From Octopus vulgaris (Eukaryota), in NCBI GenBank assembly GCA_951406725.2, contig OX597817.1:41540001-41604000 (forward strand): a stretch of 64,000 nt of DNA, read 5' to 3'. This document shows positions 37,678 through 50,916 of this stretch, piece by piece. The stretch's first letter is position 1. The number at the start of each line of letters is the position of its first letter. Made by a program: the position numbers and the translations under genes. The notes beneath the pieces are model-generated. The model ran no database searches and was not told the origin of the DNA. It worked only from the letters and a program-made list of their open reading frames with translations.

Positions 37678-37885
37678 ATCATCATTATCATCATCATCCT
37701 CAACAACAACAATAATATCTAATGTCTGTTTTCCATGTTGGCAATGGTTAGATAGCTTGATAGTAACTGGCAAGGCCAAGGGCTGTACCAGGTTTCCACA
37801 GTCTGTTTCAGTATGGTTTCTACAGCTGAATGTACTTCCTAATGCCAACCACTCCACTGAGTATACTGGGTGCTTTTTACATGGC
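37678..37885 (-). mobile_element. RTE-tail repeat (family C)
   Basis: GGTTTCTACAGCTGAATGTACTTCCTAATGCCAACCACT. Confidence 0.7.
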
Positions 37886-38731
37886 TCCATCACCATATCA
37901 AAAAGATTAACCTTATTGATGTCAACACACTTGGAACAGAGAGCTCTTGGTTCTATGATAAGGACATAAAATGAGTTGTATTTAGTAACTTAGGGTGAAA
38001 ACTAGTCTGAAAAGTTCTCCACAGAAATCCTTAATGTCAAGTCTATGGATGCCCAATGTCAGAAGATTGATTAACAAGATAGCTGCTGTGTCTTTGTAAG
38101 AATTACTTTATGCATTTATGTCATGAATGTTATGCAAATACAGTTCTTCAACATGATTACTTGTGCAAATACATCACAAATAAAAATCTCAATCACAACC
38201 ATCGGCAAACAGAACGCTCATGTATTGAAAGACTTTGCTACACTTCATAAAAGAATACGATATTTATAAAATGTATTTATCTAAACCATGATAAAACTAC
38301 CACATAAGCACTGAACTTTAATATTGATGCACAAAGGAACAAAAAAAAAAAAAGCCAAAAACTTTCTTTTCTCCATTTCTGCAAGAAATACTTAGCAAAT
38401 CAAGTGCCCATAATGTAATAACACTGTCAACTTACAAAGTACAACTTTGAGTACGATTTCCTGTTCAGTTACAAACCACTTAACTGTTATTTCCTTATAT
38501 TTAACACAACAGATCAGTAAAATCTTAACCAATGAAAACAGTTATGATTTTTATTTAACAAGAATGCTTTTCTTGTTAAACCAATGAAATTCTTTTTCTC
38601 CCTTTCTTCTCCAAAGGCTGTCTCCAGATACTTTCTGTTAGTAAATAGCAACTCACTTTTCTCTTCAAAAGAAAAATAGACAACAAAAGGAGAACAGCAG
38701 TGTTTTCAATCAGGAAATTCATGAATGCTGT

Positions 38732-39364
38732 GTGGCTAAGTTTTTCCAGTTTCTATCTTTCCAGGGAGAAAAACTAAAAATAGTTGATAGTTTCCGTTAC
38801 CTAGGTGACCAAGTCAGCAGCGGGGGCGGGTGTGCTGAAAGTGTAACTGCTAGAGTAAGAATAGCTTGGGCAAAGTTCAGAGAGCTCTTACCTCTGCTGG
38901 TGACAAAAGGCCTCTCACTCAGAGTAAAAGGCAGACTGTATGACGCGTGTGTACGAACAGCCATGCTACATGGCAGTGAAACATGGGCCGTGACTGCTGA
39001 GGATATGCGCAAGCTCGCAAGAAATGAAGCCAGTATGCTCCGATGGATGTGTAATGTCAGTGTTCATAATCGACAGAGTGTAAGTACCTTGAGAGAAAAG
39101 CTGGACCTAAGAAGCATCAGTTGTGGTGTGCAAGAGAGACGATTGCGCTGGTATGGTCATGTGGCGAGAATGGATGAAGATAGTTGTGTGAAAAAGTGCC
39201 ACACCCTAGCGGTTGAGGGAACCTGTGGAAGAGGCAGACCCAGGAAAACCTGGGACGAGGTGGTGAAGCACGACCTTCGAACTTTAGGTCTCACTGAGGA
39301 AATGACTAGAGACCGAGTCCTCTGGAAGTGTGCTGTGTGCGAGAAGACCCGGCAGGACAAGTGA
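38732..39364 (+). pseudogene. RTE LINE ORF C-terminal fragment (after the RT catalytic motif)
   Basis: VDSFRYLGD...ARVRIAWAKF...LYDACVRTAMLHGSETW...RRLRWYGHVARM...GRGRPRKTW; homology begins near 38759, no YADD present. Confidence 0.9.
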
Positions 39365-40057
39365 GTCCATAACCCGTGGCCTTCTACTTGGGATGGAGCC
39401 AGCCTACGTATGCATACCTTCCCTTCTTGGGACACAAAACTCTACTTGTGAAGACCTGTTGAGGCAAGTGAGGATCAGAATCGAAATCGATCAATGGAAA
39501 TTGCAGATGTGTTACCAGTGCCGGTGGCATGTCGATACTCTACTTGTGAAGACCCGTTGAGGCAAGTGAGGATCAGAATGGAAATCGATCAATGGAAATT
39601 GCAGATGTGTTACCAGTGCCGGTGGCATGTTGAAACTCTACTTGTGAAGACCCGTTGTGGCAAGTGAGGATCAGAATGGAAATCGATCAATGGAAATTGC
39701 AGATGTGTTACCAGTGCCGGTGGCATGTAAGAGAACCTTCCGTTTCGCGACCGTTGCCAGCACCGCCCCGTTTCGTGTCCGTTGCCAGCCTCGCCTGGCC
39801 CTTGTGCCGGTGGCACATAAAAAGCACCATCCGTTCGTGGCCGTTTGCCAGCTCTGTCTGGCACCTGTGCGGGTGGCACGTAAAAAGCACCCACTACACT
39901 CACGGAGTGGTTGGCGTTAGGAAGGGCATCCAGCTGTAGAAACACTGCCAGATTTGACTGGGCCTGATGAAGCCTTCTGGCTTCACAGACCCCAGTAGAA
40001 CCGTCCAACCCATGCTAGCATGGAAAACGGACGCTAAACAACGATGATGATGATGAT
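38756..40057 (+). mobile_element. Young 5'-truncated RTE-clade LINE
   Basis: Uninterrupted ORF end, CpG-rich, 3' UTR with tandem repeats, (GAT)n tail. Confidence 0.92.
39439..39728 (+). repeat. Three tandem 98-bp units in the RTE 3' UTR
   Basis: ACTCTACTTGTGAAGACC starts at 39439, 39537 and 39635. Confidence 0.95.
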
Positions 40058-40142
40058 CTTGATTTTTCTAACTTTATTAGAGAAATATAGAACAAGAATA
40101 AACTTGAGGTCAACAATTCTATTACATGCAAATATTAATATT

Positions 40143-40582
40143 GGTTTCAAATTTTGGCACAAGACTAGCATTTTCGTAGGGGTGGGGGATGAGTGGATTA
40201 ACCTTTTAGTGTTCTGATTATTGTATCAAACATAATGCTTACTGATTCACATTGATTTGAATTAATCATGCATTATCTCATATCTTCAAGATCTTGATGG
40301 TGTAATTACCTAATGTAGAATAACATTGTAGGGTAGGTGTGAGAGCCTGGATCTGGTCAGTTTGAACATAAAATAGATTAAATATTTTGGCCGGATATGG
40401 CTGGTTTAAATACTAAAGGGTTAAACCCGCTCCAGTGCTCAATTGGTACTCATTTTCTCAATGCTGAAAGGATGAAAGACTAAGCCTACCTCAATGGAAT
40501 TTGAACTCAGAATGTAAGGATAGATGAAATGCTGCTAAACATCTTGTCCAGTATGCTAACAATTCAGCCTGCTAGCCACCTT
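40143..40582 (-). mobile_element. SINE family B interrupted by a piggyBac-type MITE
   Basis: Halves 40143-40197 and 40425-40582 join across TTAA. Confidence 0.75.
40202..40420 (-). mobile_element. piggyBac-type MITE
   Basis: TTAA|CCTTTTAG...CTAAAGGG|TTAA; reverse complement of the 6309-6527 family. Confidence 0.8.
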
Positions 40583-40729
40583 ACAAATATAAATATTCAA
40601 CTTTTGCTTTTTATCCTTCAGAGTTAAAGATACAAGTAATGTTTAGAGAGTAGAGTTAATCTAATCACATATGAAAACTTGGCTTTGTGTTGAGTGATGG
40701 AAAAAATAAAAATCAATGCTACAATACAT

Positions 40730-40825
40730 ATGTATATATCTATATCTATATCTACCTATATATATATATATATATAGATATATATAGATAGATATAGACA
40801 GAGATAGATAGATAGAGATAGACAG

Positions 40826-40864
<39 letters not shown>

Positions 40865-40865
40865 G
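40730..40865. repeat. (TA)n/(GATA)n microsatellite
   Basis: Seen directly. Confidence 0.9.
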
Positions 40866-40994
40866 TACTACTGAATATATAACAGATTCATGCCAACAGG
40901 GAAAACAAAAATGATGATGGACGATGACATCTTTTAATGTTACGAGAATATTTTTTGTTGTTTCCTGTTCAAGATATATATTCGGTTTTAATGG

Positions 40995-41085
40995 CATCTT
41001 GGGCAAGTGTCATCGACTACAGCTCCAGGCTAACCGAGGCCTAGTGAGTGGTTTTGGTAGATAGAAACTGAAACCTCATTGTGTA
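40995..41085 (+). mobile_element. SINE family A core fragment
   Basis: GGCATCTTGGGCAAGTGTC...GTGAGTGGTTTTGGTAGATAGAAACTGAAA. Confidence 0.75.
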
Positions 41086-41419
41086 TATTAAAGAATGTGA
41101 AAGGAAAAGAGACCTTTGGATGTCCTTCCAGACAGACAAGATTGATGTGGTTGATGTTCATGATGAAAATCTGTAGGTCAGTCAATTGAAAGAACAAATT
41201 CAGAAGGGTAGAATTAGAAAGACTTGCATTTCATGGTGGTGGTGGTGGTGGTGGTAGGAAGCAAAGGATTTAATACAGGGCCTAGAGGAGAAATCCATTA
41301 AGAGTGATGGTAGGAAGAACGATTGGTGGATCAGGTGGTCCTGGCTGGCAAGGGATACAGTCAATTAGTCCTGAAGAGCAAAAGCTTTTCACTTCTATAT
41401 TTTAAAATCGAAATTAAGG

Positions 41420-41880
41420 GGTTTTGTACAAGAAGATCCTGTGAGGTTTGAGAAATTGATATTTAGTTTGACTCTCTGGAGATGAAATATGGGCATCAAA
41501 GGAATTCAAGTGGGTTGATGTTCTGGCAAATAAGGACTATACACTGTTGTGTGTGGAAATAGGGGCAATGATGCAAGACAGTATGAGAGGCAAGAAGTGT
41601 CAGAGAGAGGAAACAGTGAGTCTGTGTGTGAGAGCTGTGTATTGACAAGCAAATCATTGTCAATTAGAAAAATGGCATTACTTTGGATACAGTCTCATGT
41701 GCATAGGCATTAACAACATCCCACAGCTACAAGTAGAACTCTAATGATACTGGAGAACTGGGTGTGTGCAATATTAACGTTGAATTTGAATTTTTGCAGG
41801 TTAATAGAAACGAGTTCCAGACAATATGCAGTTCTAGAAAGGAGAGGGCTGATAAAGGGATTTTATCATAAAAGCTGATA
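41420..41880 (-). mobile_element. Decayed CR1-group LINE 3' region
   Basis: Remnants LEFYL*LWD...DCIQSNAIFLIDNDLL...THRLTVSSL, similar to 877-1190. Confidence 0.45.
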
Positions 41881-41882
41881 CA

Positions 41883-42470
41883 TAGGTGCAGGTATGGCTG
41901 TATGGTAAGGGGTTTGTTTTCCAACCACATGGTTCTGGACCCCTTTGGTTGGTTCCAGTTTCAGTCACACTGCGTGGCACTTTGGGCAAGTGTTTTCTAC
42001 TGTAACCTCAGGTCAACCAAGGCCTTGTGAGTGGATTTGGTTGAAAGAAAGTGAAAGTTCTGAGTTCAAATTCCGTCGAGGTCGACTTTGCTTTCATCCT
42101 TTCGGGGTTAATAAATTAAATACCAGTTATGCACTGGGGGCTGATGTAATCGACTTAATTCCTTTGTCTGTCCTTGTTTGTCCCCTCTATGTTTAGCCCC
42201 TTGTGGGCAATAAAGAAATAAGAAAGTGAAAGAAGCCTGTCATGTATGTATATATATATGTGTGTGTGTGCGTGTGTGTCTGTCTCCCATCACCACTTGA
42301 CAAATAGTGTTGGTGTGTTTATGTTCCCATAACTTAGCGGTGTGGCAAAAGAGACTGATAGAATAAATACCAGGCTTTAAAGAAAACAAAAGTACTAGGG
42401 TGAATTCTTCAAGGTGGTGTCCCAGCATGCCCGCAGTCTAATGAGCAAAACAAATAAAAGCTAAAAGATA
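41883..42470 (+). mobile_element. SINE family A with nested SINE B
   Basis: Head and tail flank the insert at 42058-42219. Confidence 0.85.
42058..42219 (+). mobile_element. 5'-truncated SINE B with 13-bp TSD
   Basis: AAGAAAGTGAAAG at 42045-42057 and 42220-42232. Confidence 0.9.
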
Positions 42471-42882
42471 ACCTACAATTTTTATACTGTTTTGTCATCA
42501 GAACACTTAAAATATGTTCATAATAATTTTTCTTTCTTCTTTAATTTCATTATAAAATTTGGAGTTCAGAAAAATTACTTGTGTTGAGTTGTAAATAGAT
42601 TTACAACCTTCCCATGGATAACATTTAAATATGTTAAGTTTTAGTTGTGATAGATGCCTTAAATGTTATGATCTTATGTTTATTTGGGTTGGAACAATAC
42701 TGTACAAAAACAAAATATTTCCATGAATTGTAAGGTTTCCTAAACCCAGTGTCTAATTCCTGATTCTGAAAATGAGCTGAATGACACTCTGGTCAGTCTA
42801 AGGAAAAGTTCTAAAAGTAAACTATGTACCTTATTACCTATAAATGTAGAAATATGACAAGACTTCACAAAACTTTTCAACA

Positions 42883-43205
42883 AGGCGCAGGAGTCGCATC
42901 TTGGGCAAGTGTCTTCTACTATAGCTTCGGGCCGACCAAAGCCTTGTGAGTGGATTTGGTAGACAGAAACTGAAAGAAGCCCATCGTACGTACGTACGTA
43001 TGTATATGTTTGTGTGTCTGTGTTTGTCTTCCCAGCATCGCTTGACAACCGATGCTGGTGTGTTTATGTCCCTGTAACTTAGCAGTTCAGCAAAAGATAC
43101 CAATAGAATAAGTACAAAGAATAACTCCTGGGGTCGATTTGCTTGACTAAAGGCAGTGCTCCAGCATGGCTGCAGTCAAATAACTTAAACAAGTAAAAGA
43201 GTAAA
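42883..43205 (+). mobile_element. SINE family A with deleted tRNA-like head
   Basis: AGGCGCAGGAGT joined directly to CGCATCTTGGGCAAG. Confidence 0.9.
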
Positions 43206-43847
43206 TATGAGCTTAAAATTTATAAGCTAAAGGCCAAATGCCTTACCCACTTAGCAGTTTTGCTTCTACTATATAACAAAAAGATAACTTGTTTGCTTTT
43301 TCTTTTGTTTTTCTTTATTGGTGGTGGTGGTGGTGGTGGAATAAAGAACAGATAATCCTAGAATTGCTTTCTGATCAGTGTTCCATATTGATTTTTGACA
43401 AAACCATTTTTAATGCAAGTTTAATTCTTTTAGTTGTTTTTTTGTTAGATTCCCCACTTCGACTTTTAAAAAAAAAATTTTTTTTTTTTATTAGAGAAAT
43501 CACTCAAAATTTCGACCATGTGTTCTTCCCAACCTTCCAATTTTTTACATCTAATCAGCTGGTCTATGACAGATAATTTCAAACAGTCAAGTCAAAAATC
43601 AAAAGGAATTTTTCATGAAACAATACACAATATTTTAATAATGTTTTCAATGACAAAGAGATTATTAAACAATGAAACAAACAAAACCTAAAGAAGCAGC
43701 AGCATTAAAAAATACTTTTAACTTCCAAGTTTTACGAGAGTAACCAACAATAGTTATTGCAAAGAATCTTGTTATTTGTAAAATTAAATCCAAAAACGAA
43801 TTGTAAAGCATTTTGATAGAACAAGCATGTAAGTATCTAAGTATCTA

Positions 43848-44400
43848 TTATCTTTTACTCGTTTCAATCATTGGATTGCAGCCATGCTAGGGCACTACCT
43901 TGAAGGTTGTAATCAAACAAATCAACCCCTGAACCTAAAGGAGTGTGTTTAATACGTAAATTGGTATATCCAATAATTTTTATACTGCTATGTGTGATGG
44001 CTATTTAAGCAATGTGTCTGAGGATAATTAATGGGTTAGATGTATGCTGATAAAGGACAAAAACCCTTGAAATATGGCATATGTGCTCATTACCCATTTT
44101 TCATTGTTTACATTTGAATTCTTGGATACGAAACGCTGTAGCAAAAATCAGTGCACGCTAGAATTTCCATTGAATATCTGTAGAAATAACCTTAACAAAA
44201 TAATATGTGTGTATGAGTGTATGTGTGTGTATATGTATGTATGTATGGGTTCTACACAATTTCTGCCTGTCAAATTCACTTACAAGGCATTGGGTGGCCT
44301 GAGCTAGAGAAGACACTTACCCAAGGTGTTGTGCAGTGGAATTGAACCTGAAAACATGTGGTTGCAAAACAAGCTTCTTAACCACACAGCCATGCCTATG
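43848..44400 (-). mobile_element. Old SINE A pieces (tail 43848-43930, head about 44250-44400)
   Basis: Both fragments match family A in the same orientation. Confidence 0.65.
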
Positions 44401-45662
44401 TATGTAAGTATATATGTAGGTACATACATGGGGGGGGGGGGGCTTAGGGCACAATGCATACACACATTTGTATAGACACCCACATTTTCCATTTAACCAT
44501 TGAGATAAGATTGTTCTTTTATACCATTATTTGGAAATTTAAGCTGATATTTAACCATCAAAGAATTGAAAATCTAATATAGAAAACATTAGTCTTTCAT
44601 TGCATCTTGAATATTGACTTCTTGGATATTGACAAAATTTTATAAAAAAAAAAAAAAGGAAGAAAAAGAGAAAAAAAAAAGCTTTCAATATTTTGAAGCA
44701 AGAGACATAATTACAATGACAAAAGATTCGATATTCCATACCCAACCTTGTCTTAAAAGCCATCACCACATAAGCAGGCTGGGTTAAATTTTGGATGTAA
44801 TAATAACTGTTTTATTTTCATTATGCACACACTAGCTAGTTCACTCAGCCTCTCTTCAATACATTATACAATTTTAAAAAATTTTTTATTTCTTTATTTT
44901 ATTTTGTTTTTGTATGACTAGATTTCCATTTTGGTAAAACAATTAGAAATTTAGGGCCTCTCTTTACAATAAACAGATTTTGTAAATACAATGATCAACC
45001 AATGTAATCTGATGCATAAAATTTATGATAAAATCAATGATTCTCTCTCTTTTTTAACAAATGAAATGGCCTACATCAAGAATTCAAGCTGATGTTAAAA
45101 ATCAATATTCACATTAACTTAGTGAATACCAAGAAGCAACAACGGAAGCTTCAGTGAGAATAACTGACACTGAATTACCACTTAGTGTCACTAGCTTTAA
45201 AAATAGGCAATTAATTAGTGCAGCACCAGTCAACACTACCATAAGCTTTTGCATATGGATATAGTAAATCTCTGTTCACTTAGACATAACTGTAATTCTA
45301 ATATAATTAGAAAAATGAATTTTTAATATTACATACACAAACAGAAAATGGATACGATTTGACTTATTGCAGATTTTAATTTAATTCCTCCACACAACAC
45401 ACACATACACACAAAATTTAAACAATTTATGTTATAAAAAATAAAATTGATATATATATATATCAGAATATCATTCATATATCATTCATTATATTTTATT
45501 GTTTGGTATAATTATAAAGTAACAAGGAAGTATAAATAACAAAAACTAATAATGAATCCACATAATTATTATTATCCAATTATATTTTATGAATTTCTGA
45601 TATCAAAGATACAGGTTTTTTTTCTCTTTTTCATCACTCTAATACCTGGTTATTGATAACCA

Positions 45663-45706
45663 TATATAAAGAAACTGCTTTAACTATATAAAGAAACTGC
45701 TTTAAC
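45663..45706. repeat. 22-bp tandem duplication
   Basis: TATATAAAGAAACTGCTTTAAC twice. Confidence 0.9.
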
Positions 45707-46129
45707 TGTAGTGTATGTTATTTTTTATTAATTCAATCATCTTTCCAGCTAAATTTTATGGTTAGGAGTAAAATTCTACCTTCACTTGTTTTGAAGTATA
45801 GATTAAACCAATTTAACTTCAGATATGATCATTTATTTTGTAGTACTTCATCAAAATTCCCCACTTCTATTCAAAGTTTCCCCAAGTTTAACCAAAGCAA
45901 TTACGACTTTTAAAGGAATGTAAATTTATCTAACCTTTAACTCTTGAACTAAAACTAAGAATTTAACTCTTAAACTGAATACTGTTTTGAGATAATTTTA
46001 TTCTATTCTGCTAGTCTTTGTTTTCAATTAAATCCACAAAACAATCAAGAGTCAATGTGTTGATCAGTAAAGTACCAAGTGTAAAATGATTTACTATTAA
46101 ATATAGTAACTATGACACTAATGTATAAA

Positions 46130-46370
46130 TCACCATTATTTTGAATTTGCTTTTCTATGTTTGCACTGGTCATCTTTAGGGCAGTGTCTTGCCATTGTTA
46201 CAATCTTGCAAGGTTCAGTTCCCTCAGACCAACTTTTACTATTTCTTCGCCTTTCATATGGTTCATCTACTTCAATCATGTGGCACTTCTACACCCAATA
46301 AACATACTCTGTATGTATCACATGACAGTCCCGAAACAGTATTCTCTCTTGCATGCTACATCTGAATCAA
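46130..46370 (-). mobile_element. Decayed RTE 3' ORF end
   Basis: Minus TCAGATGTAGCATGCAAGAGAGA...GTCATGTG...AAGTGCC resembles 39115-39200. Confidence 0.5.
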
Positions 46371-46376
46371 CTTTAA

Positions 46377-46859
46377 CCCTTTCGTTACTGTATTTATTTC
46401 GAAATGCTGTGAGCTGGCAGATAAGGTGGCGAGCTGACAGAAACGTTAGCATGCCAGGTGAAATGCTCAGTGGTATTTCGTCTGTCTTTATGTTCTGAGT
46501 TCAAATTCCACCGAGGTTGACTTTGCCTTTCATCCTATTGGGGTCGATTAAATAAGTACCAGTTACGCACTGGGGTCGATATAATCGACTTAATCCATTT
46601 GCCTGTCCTTGTTTGTCCTTTCTGTGTTTAGCCCCTTGTGGGTAGTAAAGAAATAGGTATTTATTTTGTGATGATCTGTGTTTCTTTCAATTACTTTAAA
46701 TATAACAAAGAATTTAGTAAATTAAATTTATCTATCATTCTGCTAGTGTTAGGAACATAAATTGTAACTAAGGTTTGGTGGAAGATTTTAATTCAAAACT
46801 TATGAAAACCAGACATTAGTACAACAGAGCCGGTTTCAGCCAGGCTGGTATCAAAAGGG
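46377..46859 (+). mobile_element. Second piggyBac-type MITE family, containing a SINE B
   Basis: TTAA|CCCTTTCGTTAC...GTATCAAAAGGG|TTAA. Confidence 0.8.
46423..46660 (+). mobile_element. SINE family B nested in the MITE
   Basis: Full copy; imperfect flanking repeat beginning GTATTTATTT at 46390 and 46657. Confidence 0.9.
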
Positions 46860-47365
46860 TTAATAGCTGGTTCCTCTATTGAGCCTACTTGCAGTAAACC
46901 TTTCTTCCATGTGTTCTCTTTCAACAACCTCTTCTGATATTTCCATGCTTCTTTCTTCTTAACATCGGTAAGGGTAATTGTGCTGCTATTATTTCACACA
47001 GGCTTTTCTACAATTACTTTTTGATTTGAACTGAAACTGTTTCATAATTTAGAACACCTCACATGTCTTATTCTTTCATTGTAGAACACTAGCAAAGCTC
47101 TTTCATCTTTACTCTTCGCTCCATACACCTGATATATAGCTTCTAGCAACCTTTTAGCTTCTATAGCCCAATTTACAGTACTATTATACCCCATAAAGCC
47201 TTCATTTGTCTGGAATCTTGTCCTGTGACAGGCCTGGTTTATGACTTGTGACAAATGGTCTTCTAGAAACTTCAAGTTGTTCTCTGTTACAAATTACTGG
47301 AGTCTTAAGTGTTTTGTTTGAGTTATAATGAACACCAGAATCTATTGATAGAATCTTTAGCCAAT

Positions 47366-47368
<3 letters not shown>

Positions 47369-47457
<89 letters not shown>

Positions 47458-47478
47458 TATACATACACACACACACAA
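47369..47478. repeat. (CT)n(TA)n(CA)n microsatellite
   Basis: Seen directly. Confidence 0.95.
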
Positions 47479-48200
47479 CATGTAAAAACCATGTCTTTAC
47501 ATAAAATATCTTCATGAGTAGAAGAAGGCCAATCAGCTACACTAGTTTTAAGCCTGTGTAGAGAAAATCATAGGTGATTGAGTTCTTTCTGGGTACACAA
47601 TCACTGTTGTTCACAGAGACAGTGCTTGTAAATAGTCAATGAATGTTACTTCATGAAAATGACTGGCTGTAGCTTCTGTTTAAAAGAGAAATATTTCAAA
47701 AATTTACACTTATTATTCTGGTCATCATTGCTTTCGTTACTGCTAGTTGACATTGTTTACATATTCAGAAACTGAAACATGCAGTTCAGAGTCTTCAACA
47801 TGTTATACTTCACGCATTTTCTTTCTGTCTTTTTTTTTTTTTTTTTTTTTTTGCTATACTCAAAAATTATTTATGCTCTTAGTGAATCTGAAGATTACAT
47901 ATTTTTCTAACCATTTAACAGCACACAAACTTGAATTCATTAAAAAAATATTTTTCATATGTTGTCAAAATTTTCATTACACAAGTGTGACCTGCTTACT
48001 GACACAATTCCACAGCATTTTGGTGATGTTTATGAATGACCAGCAGTGATATAAATCAGGCTTTTTTTAATTTCCTTTTCCTCTTTAGTATTCAGCTTAG
48101 GGCTACATGGACTTATATTTATGTAGACTGACTTTAGCCTTATGACATAGGGCCATCAATCAGCCATTAGTCATATCTCGGAATGTAATATATTTTTGTG

Positions 48201-48611
48201 CTCTTTACTCTTTACTTGTTTCAGTCATTTGACTGCGGCCATGCTGGAGCACCGCCTTTAATCGAGCAACTCGACCCCGGAACTTATTCTATTGTAAGCC
48301 CAGTACTTATTCTATCGGTCTCTTTTGCCGAACCGCTAAGTGACGGGGACACAAACACACCAGCATCTGTTGTCAAGCAATGCTATGGGGACAAACACAG
48401 ACACACAAACACACACACGCATACATATATATATATATACATATATACGACGGGCTTCTTTCAGTTTCCGTCTACCAAATCCACTCACAAGGCATTGGTC
48501 GGCCCGAGGCTATAGTAGAAGACACTTGCCCAAGGTGCCACACAGTGGGACTGAACCCGGAACCATGTGGTTGGTAGACAGGCTACTTACCACACAGCCA
48601 CTCCTGCGCCT
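48201..48611 (-). mobile_element. SINE family A, young copy
   Basis: Close reverse complement of 53855-54267, CpGs retained. Confidence 0.95.
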
Positions 48612-48654
48612 TGTGTATAACTAACAAAGGAGTTACTTTAATTTTCGTGTAAAC

Positions 48655-48870
48655 TTAAAGGAGGTGAGAAGCCAAAATCATAAATTCTTCAGACAAAAAA
48701 GCTTAACAGAATTTCTTCCAGATCTTTATATTCTGAGTTCTAATCCTGCCAAGGTACTTATTTTATCAGGCATGATAAAATAAGTACCAGTTAAACACTG
48801 GAGTTGAAGTAATCGATTTGTTCCCTCACCTAAAACTACTGGCCCTGTGCCAAAATTTGAAACAGTATTA
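48655..48870 (+). mobile_element. SINE family B, degenerate
   Basis: TTCTGAGTTC...GATAAAATAAGTACCAGTT...TGTGCCAAAATTTGAAAC. Confidence 0.6.
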
Positions 48871-48876
48871 TGTAAA

Positions 48877-49075
48877 CTTAACTCTTTGGCCTTTAAACTG
48901 ACCACAGCCAATCAAAACAGTCTTCCTGTTTTAAGCTCAAATGAGCCCAGATCTGAGTTTTCACATCTATCCTACAATATCATACTAAAATAAAGAATCA
49001 CATCATAGAAATATTGAAGCTGTGGGATAATGCATGATTAATTCAAAACAATATGAATAAATAAGCATTACCTTT
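48877..49075 (+). mobile_element. piggyBac-type MITE, right end missing
   Basis: TTAACTCTTTGGC start; internal similarity to 6309-6500. Confidence 0.7.
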
Positions 49076-50528
49076 TTTTCCTTTCCACCTTGTTTACCAC
49101 ATGAATATATTTTTATCATCATTACACCTTTTCTTTCTTTTCTTTTTATTTCCTTCATTTTATTTTTACCTTCCTCTTTCAGTCCTTTACATTCTTTTAT
49201 TTTGGCCCCACATAAAATATAAGGTATATTAGAACACTTCTCTGTTGTTTAATTCTTAGAAATTTTAGTTTCTGTTATGTAGATTAAATATATTTGAAAA
49301 GCATAGTGATAAAGAAAGAAGGAAAAAGAAAAGGAAGTGAAGAGAAGAAAAGCTACTGGCATGTGTATTGCTTTGTTGATCAAACTAATGAGATTCAGTA
49401 GGACAGGTGCAGGATGTCAAATTGGTTGTATACCAAACTTGACATCCGATACCCATCCCACTTCCTTGAAGCTATAAATCATTGAAGTAAGATAACTTCA
49501 TAAACTTTAACTTTGCAGTACAATGTTTGTTGGATTGATAGAATCAAATTACTAATTTTTGGTCGAACAGTGTTAAGATAGATCTTCTTCATAAAAGTGT
49601 TTAACTCACAGAGCGGTATTTATCTAATTGACAGACGCAAACAATGTATTGCTGGTTGAATGGTCTGTCGTTCAAGTTTAAAATTTGCAAACTGACACGA
49701 TCCCAATGTAATGAAGTCACAGAGAAGGCATGCCTATACCATTGCTTCTTCTAAATTACAAGTAACACAATTTGCTAAGGGAAAATGGTTATGGAGCTGC
49801 TGTAAAGCATTTTGGATCACCTCCAACTGAGAAAACTATGTGACTGGCAAAAACAAAAGAAACTACTTTAGCAGGTAATAAAATCAAAATACAATATTTA
49901 CACTAAAAATTAAAGATGATGGAACTAGAACTAGAGCTTCTGTACAAGCAACTGTGCATAGTCAGCTTTCCTCCTGGCTAGAGCTTTTTTATATGAAGTA
50001 TTATTGATATATGTTGTTATATTAGACAAAAGCTTGATACTAACTTTAGGAAACAGTTTTGTAAAGAGATATTTGCAGAACCAAACAATGATGATGATAA
50101 AATACAATAAATTTTCAAATGGTTGTTAATACAAAATACTTATTTAGTCATAAATAAACCTAACTATTCTCAAGTGAGATAGCATCACACCTTCAATTTC
50201 TAGTAAATTTAGCACACTATTACCTAGTTATTTTCTCTATTTATACTTGCCATGCTATGGTGCTATAGATAGAATAGAATAGAAGCTCACAACTAATTCA
50301 CCTGAGTAGCTTTTATACAACTTCTAATTCAACTATGATTCCTAAGAGGTAGATTGATTCATACAAAAGTGTTAACATACAAAAATGTAGACTTATTTTC
50401 TCTTACATTGTACCAAGGATTTTTTTTTCATTGAAAACATAAATAAGATGAGAACATTATATTGCAACTATAAATAAATTTGCAAAATCACATTTAGAAT
50501 GTAAATGCTTTTAAAGTTACACAAGTTA

Positions 50529-50916
50529 TAGGCGCAGGAGTGGCTATGTGGTAAGTAGCTTGTTTACCAACCACATGGTTCTGGGTTCAGTCCCACTGCG
50601 TGGCACCTTGGGCAAGTGTCTTCTACTATAGCCTTGGGCCGACCAAAGCCTTGTGAGTGGATTTGGTAGACGGAAACTGAAAAGAAGCCCGTCTATGCAT
50701 GTGTGTGTTTGTGTGTCTGTCTTTGTCACCCTCACATTGCTTGACAACCGATGCTGGTGTGTTTATGTCCCTGTTACTTAGCGGTTCAGCAAAAGAGACC
50801 GATAGAATAAGTACTGGGCTTATAAGAGAATAAGTCCCGGGGTCGAGTTGCTTGATTAAAGGCGGTGCTCCAGCATAACCGCAGTCAAATGACTGAAACA
50901 AGTAAAAGAGTAAGTA
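50529..50916 (+). mobile_element. SINE family A
   Basis: Full-length copy. Confidence 0.95.

Noticed and set aside
39439-39728. Regularly spaced repeats as a possible CRISPR array
   Set aside because: Units are fully tandem with no unique spacers, there are no cas genes, and the context is a eukaryotic LINE UTR.
47042-47275. 77-aa ORF (..AKRLLEAIYQVYG..)
   Set aside because: At most a faint RTE RT remnant; not supportable as a host gene.
48198-48624. Recurrent peptides such as RASFSFRLPNPLTR and STKSTHKALVGPRL
   Set aside because: Translations of the non-coding SINE A in several frames; recurrence reflects repeat copies.
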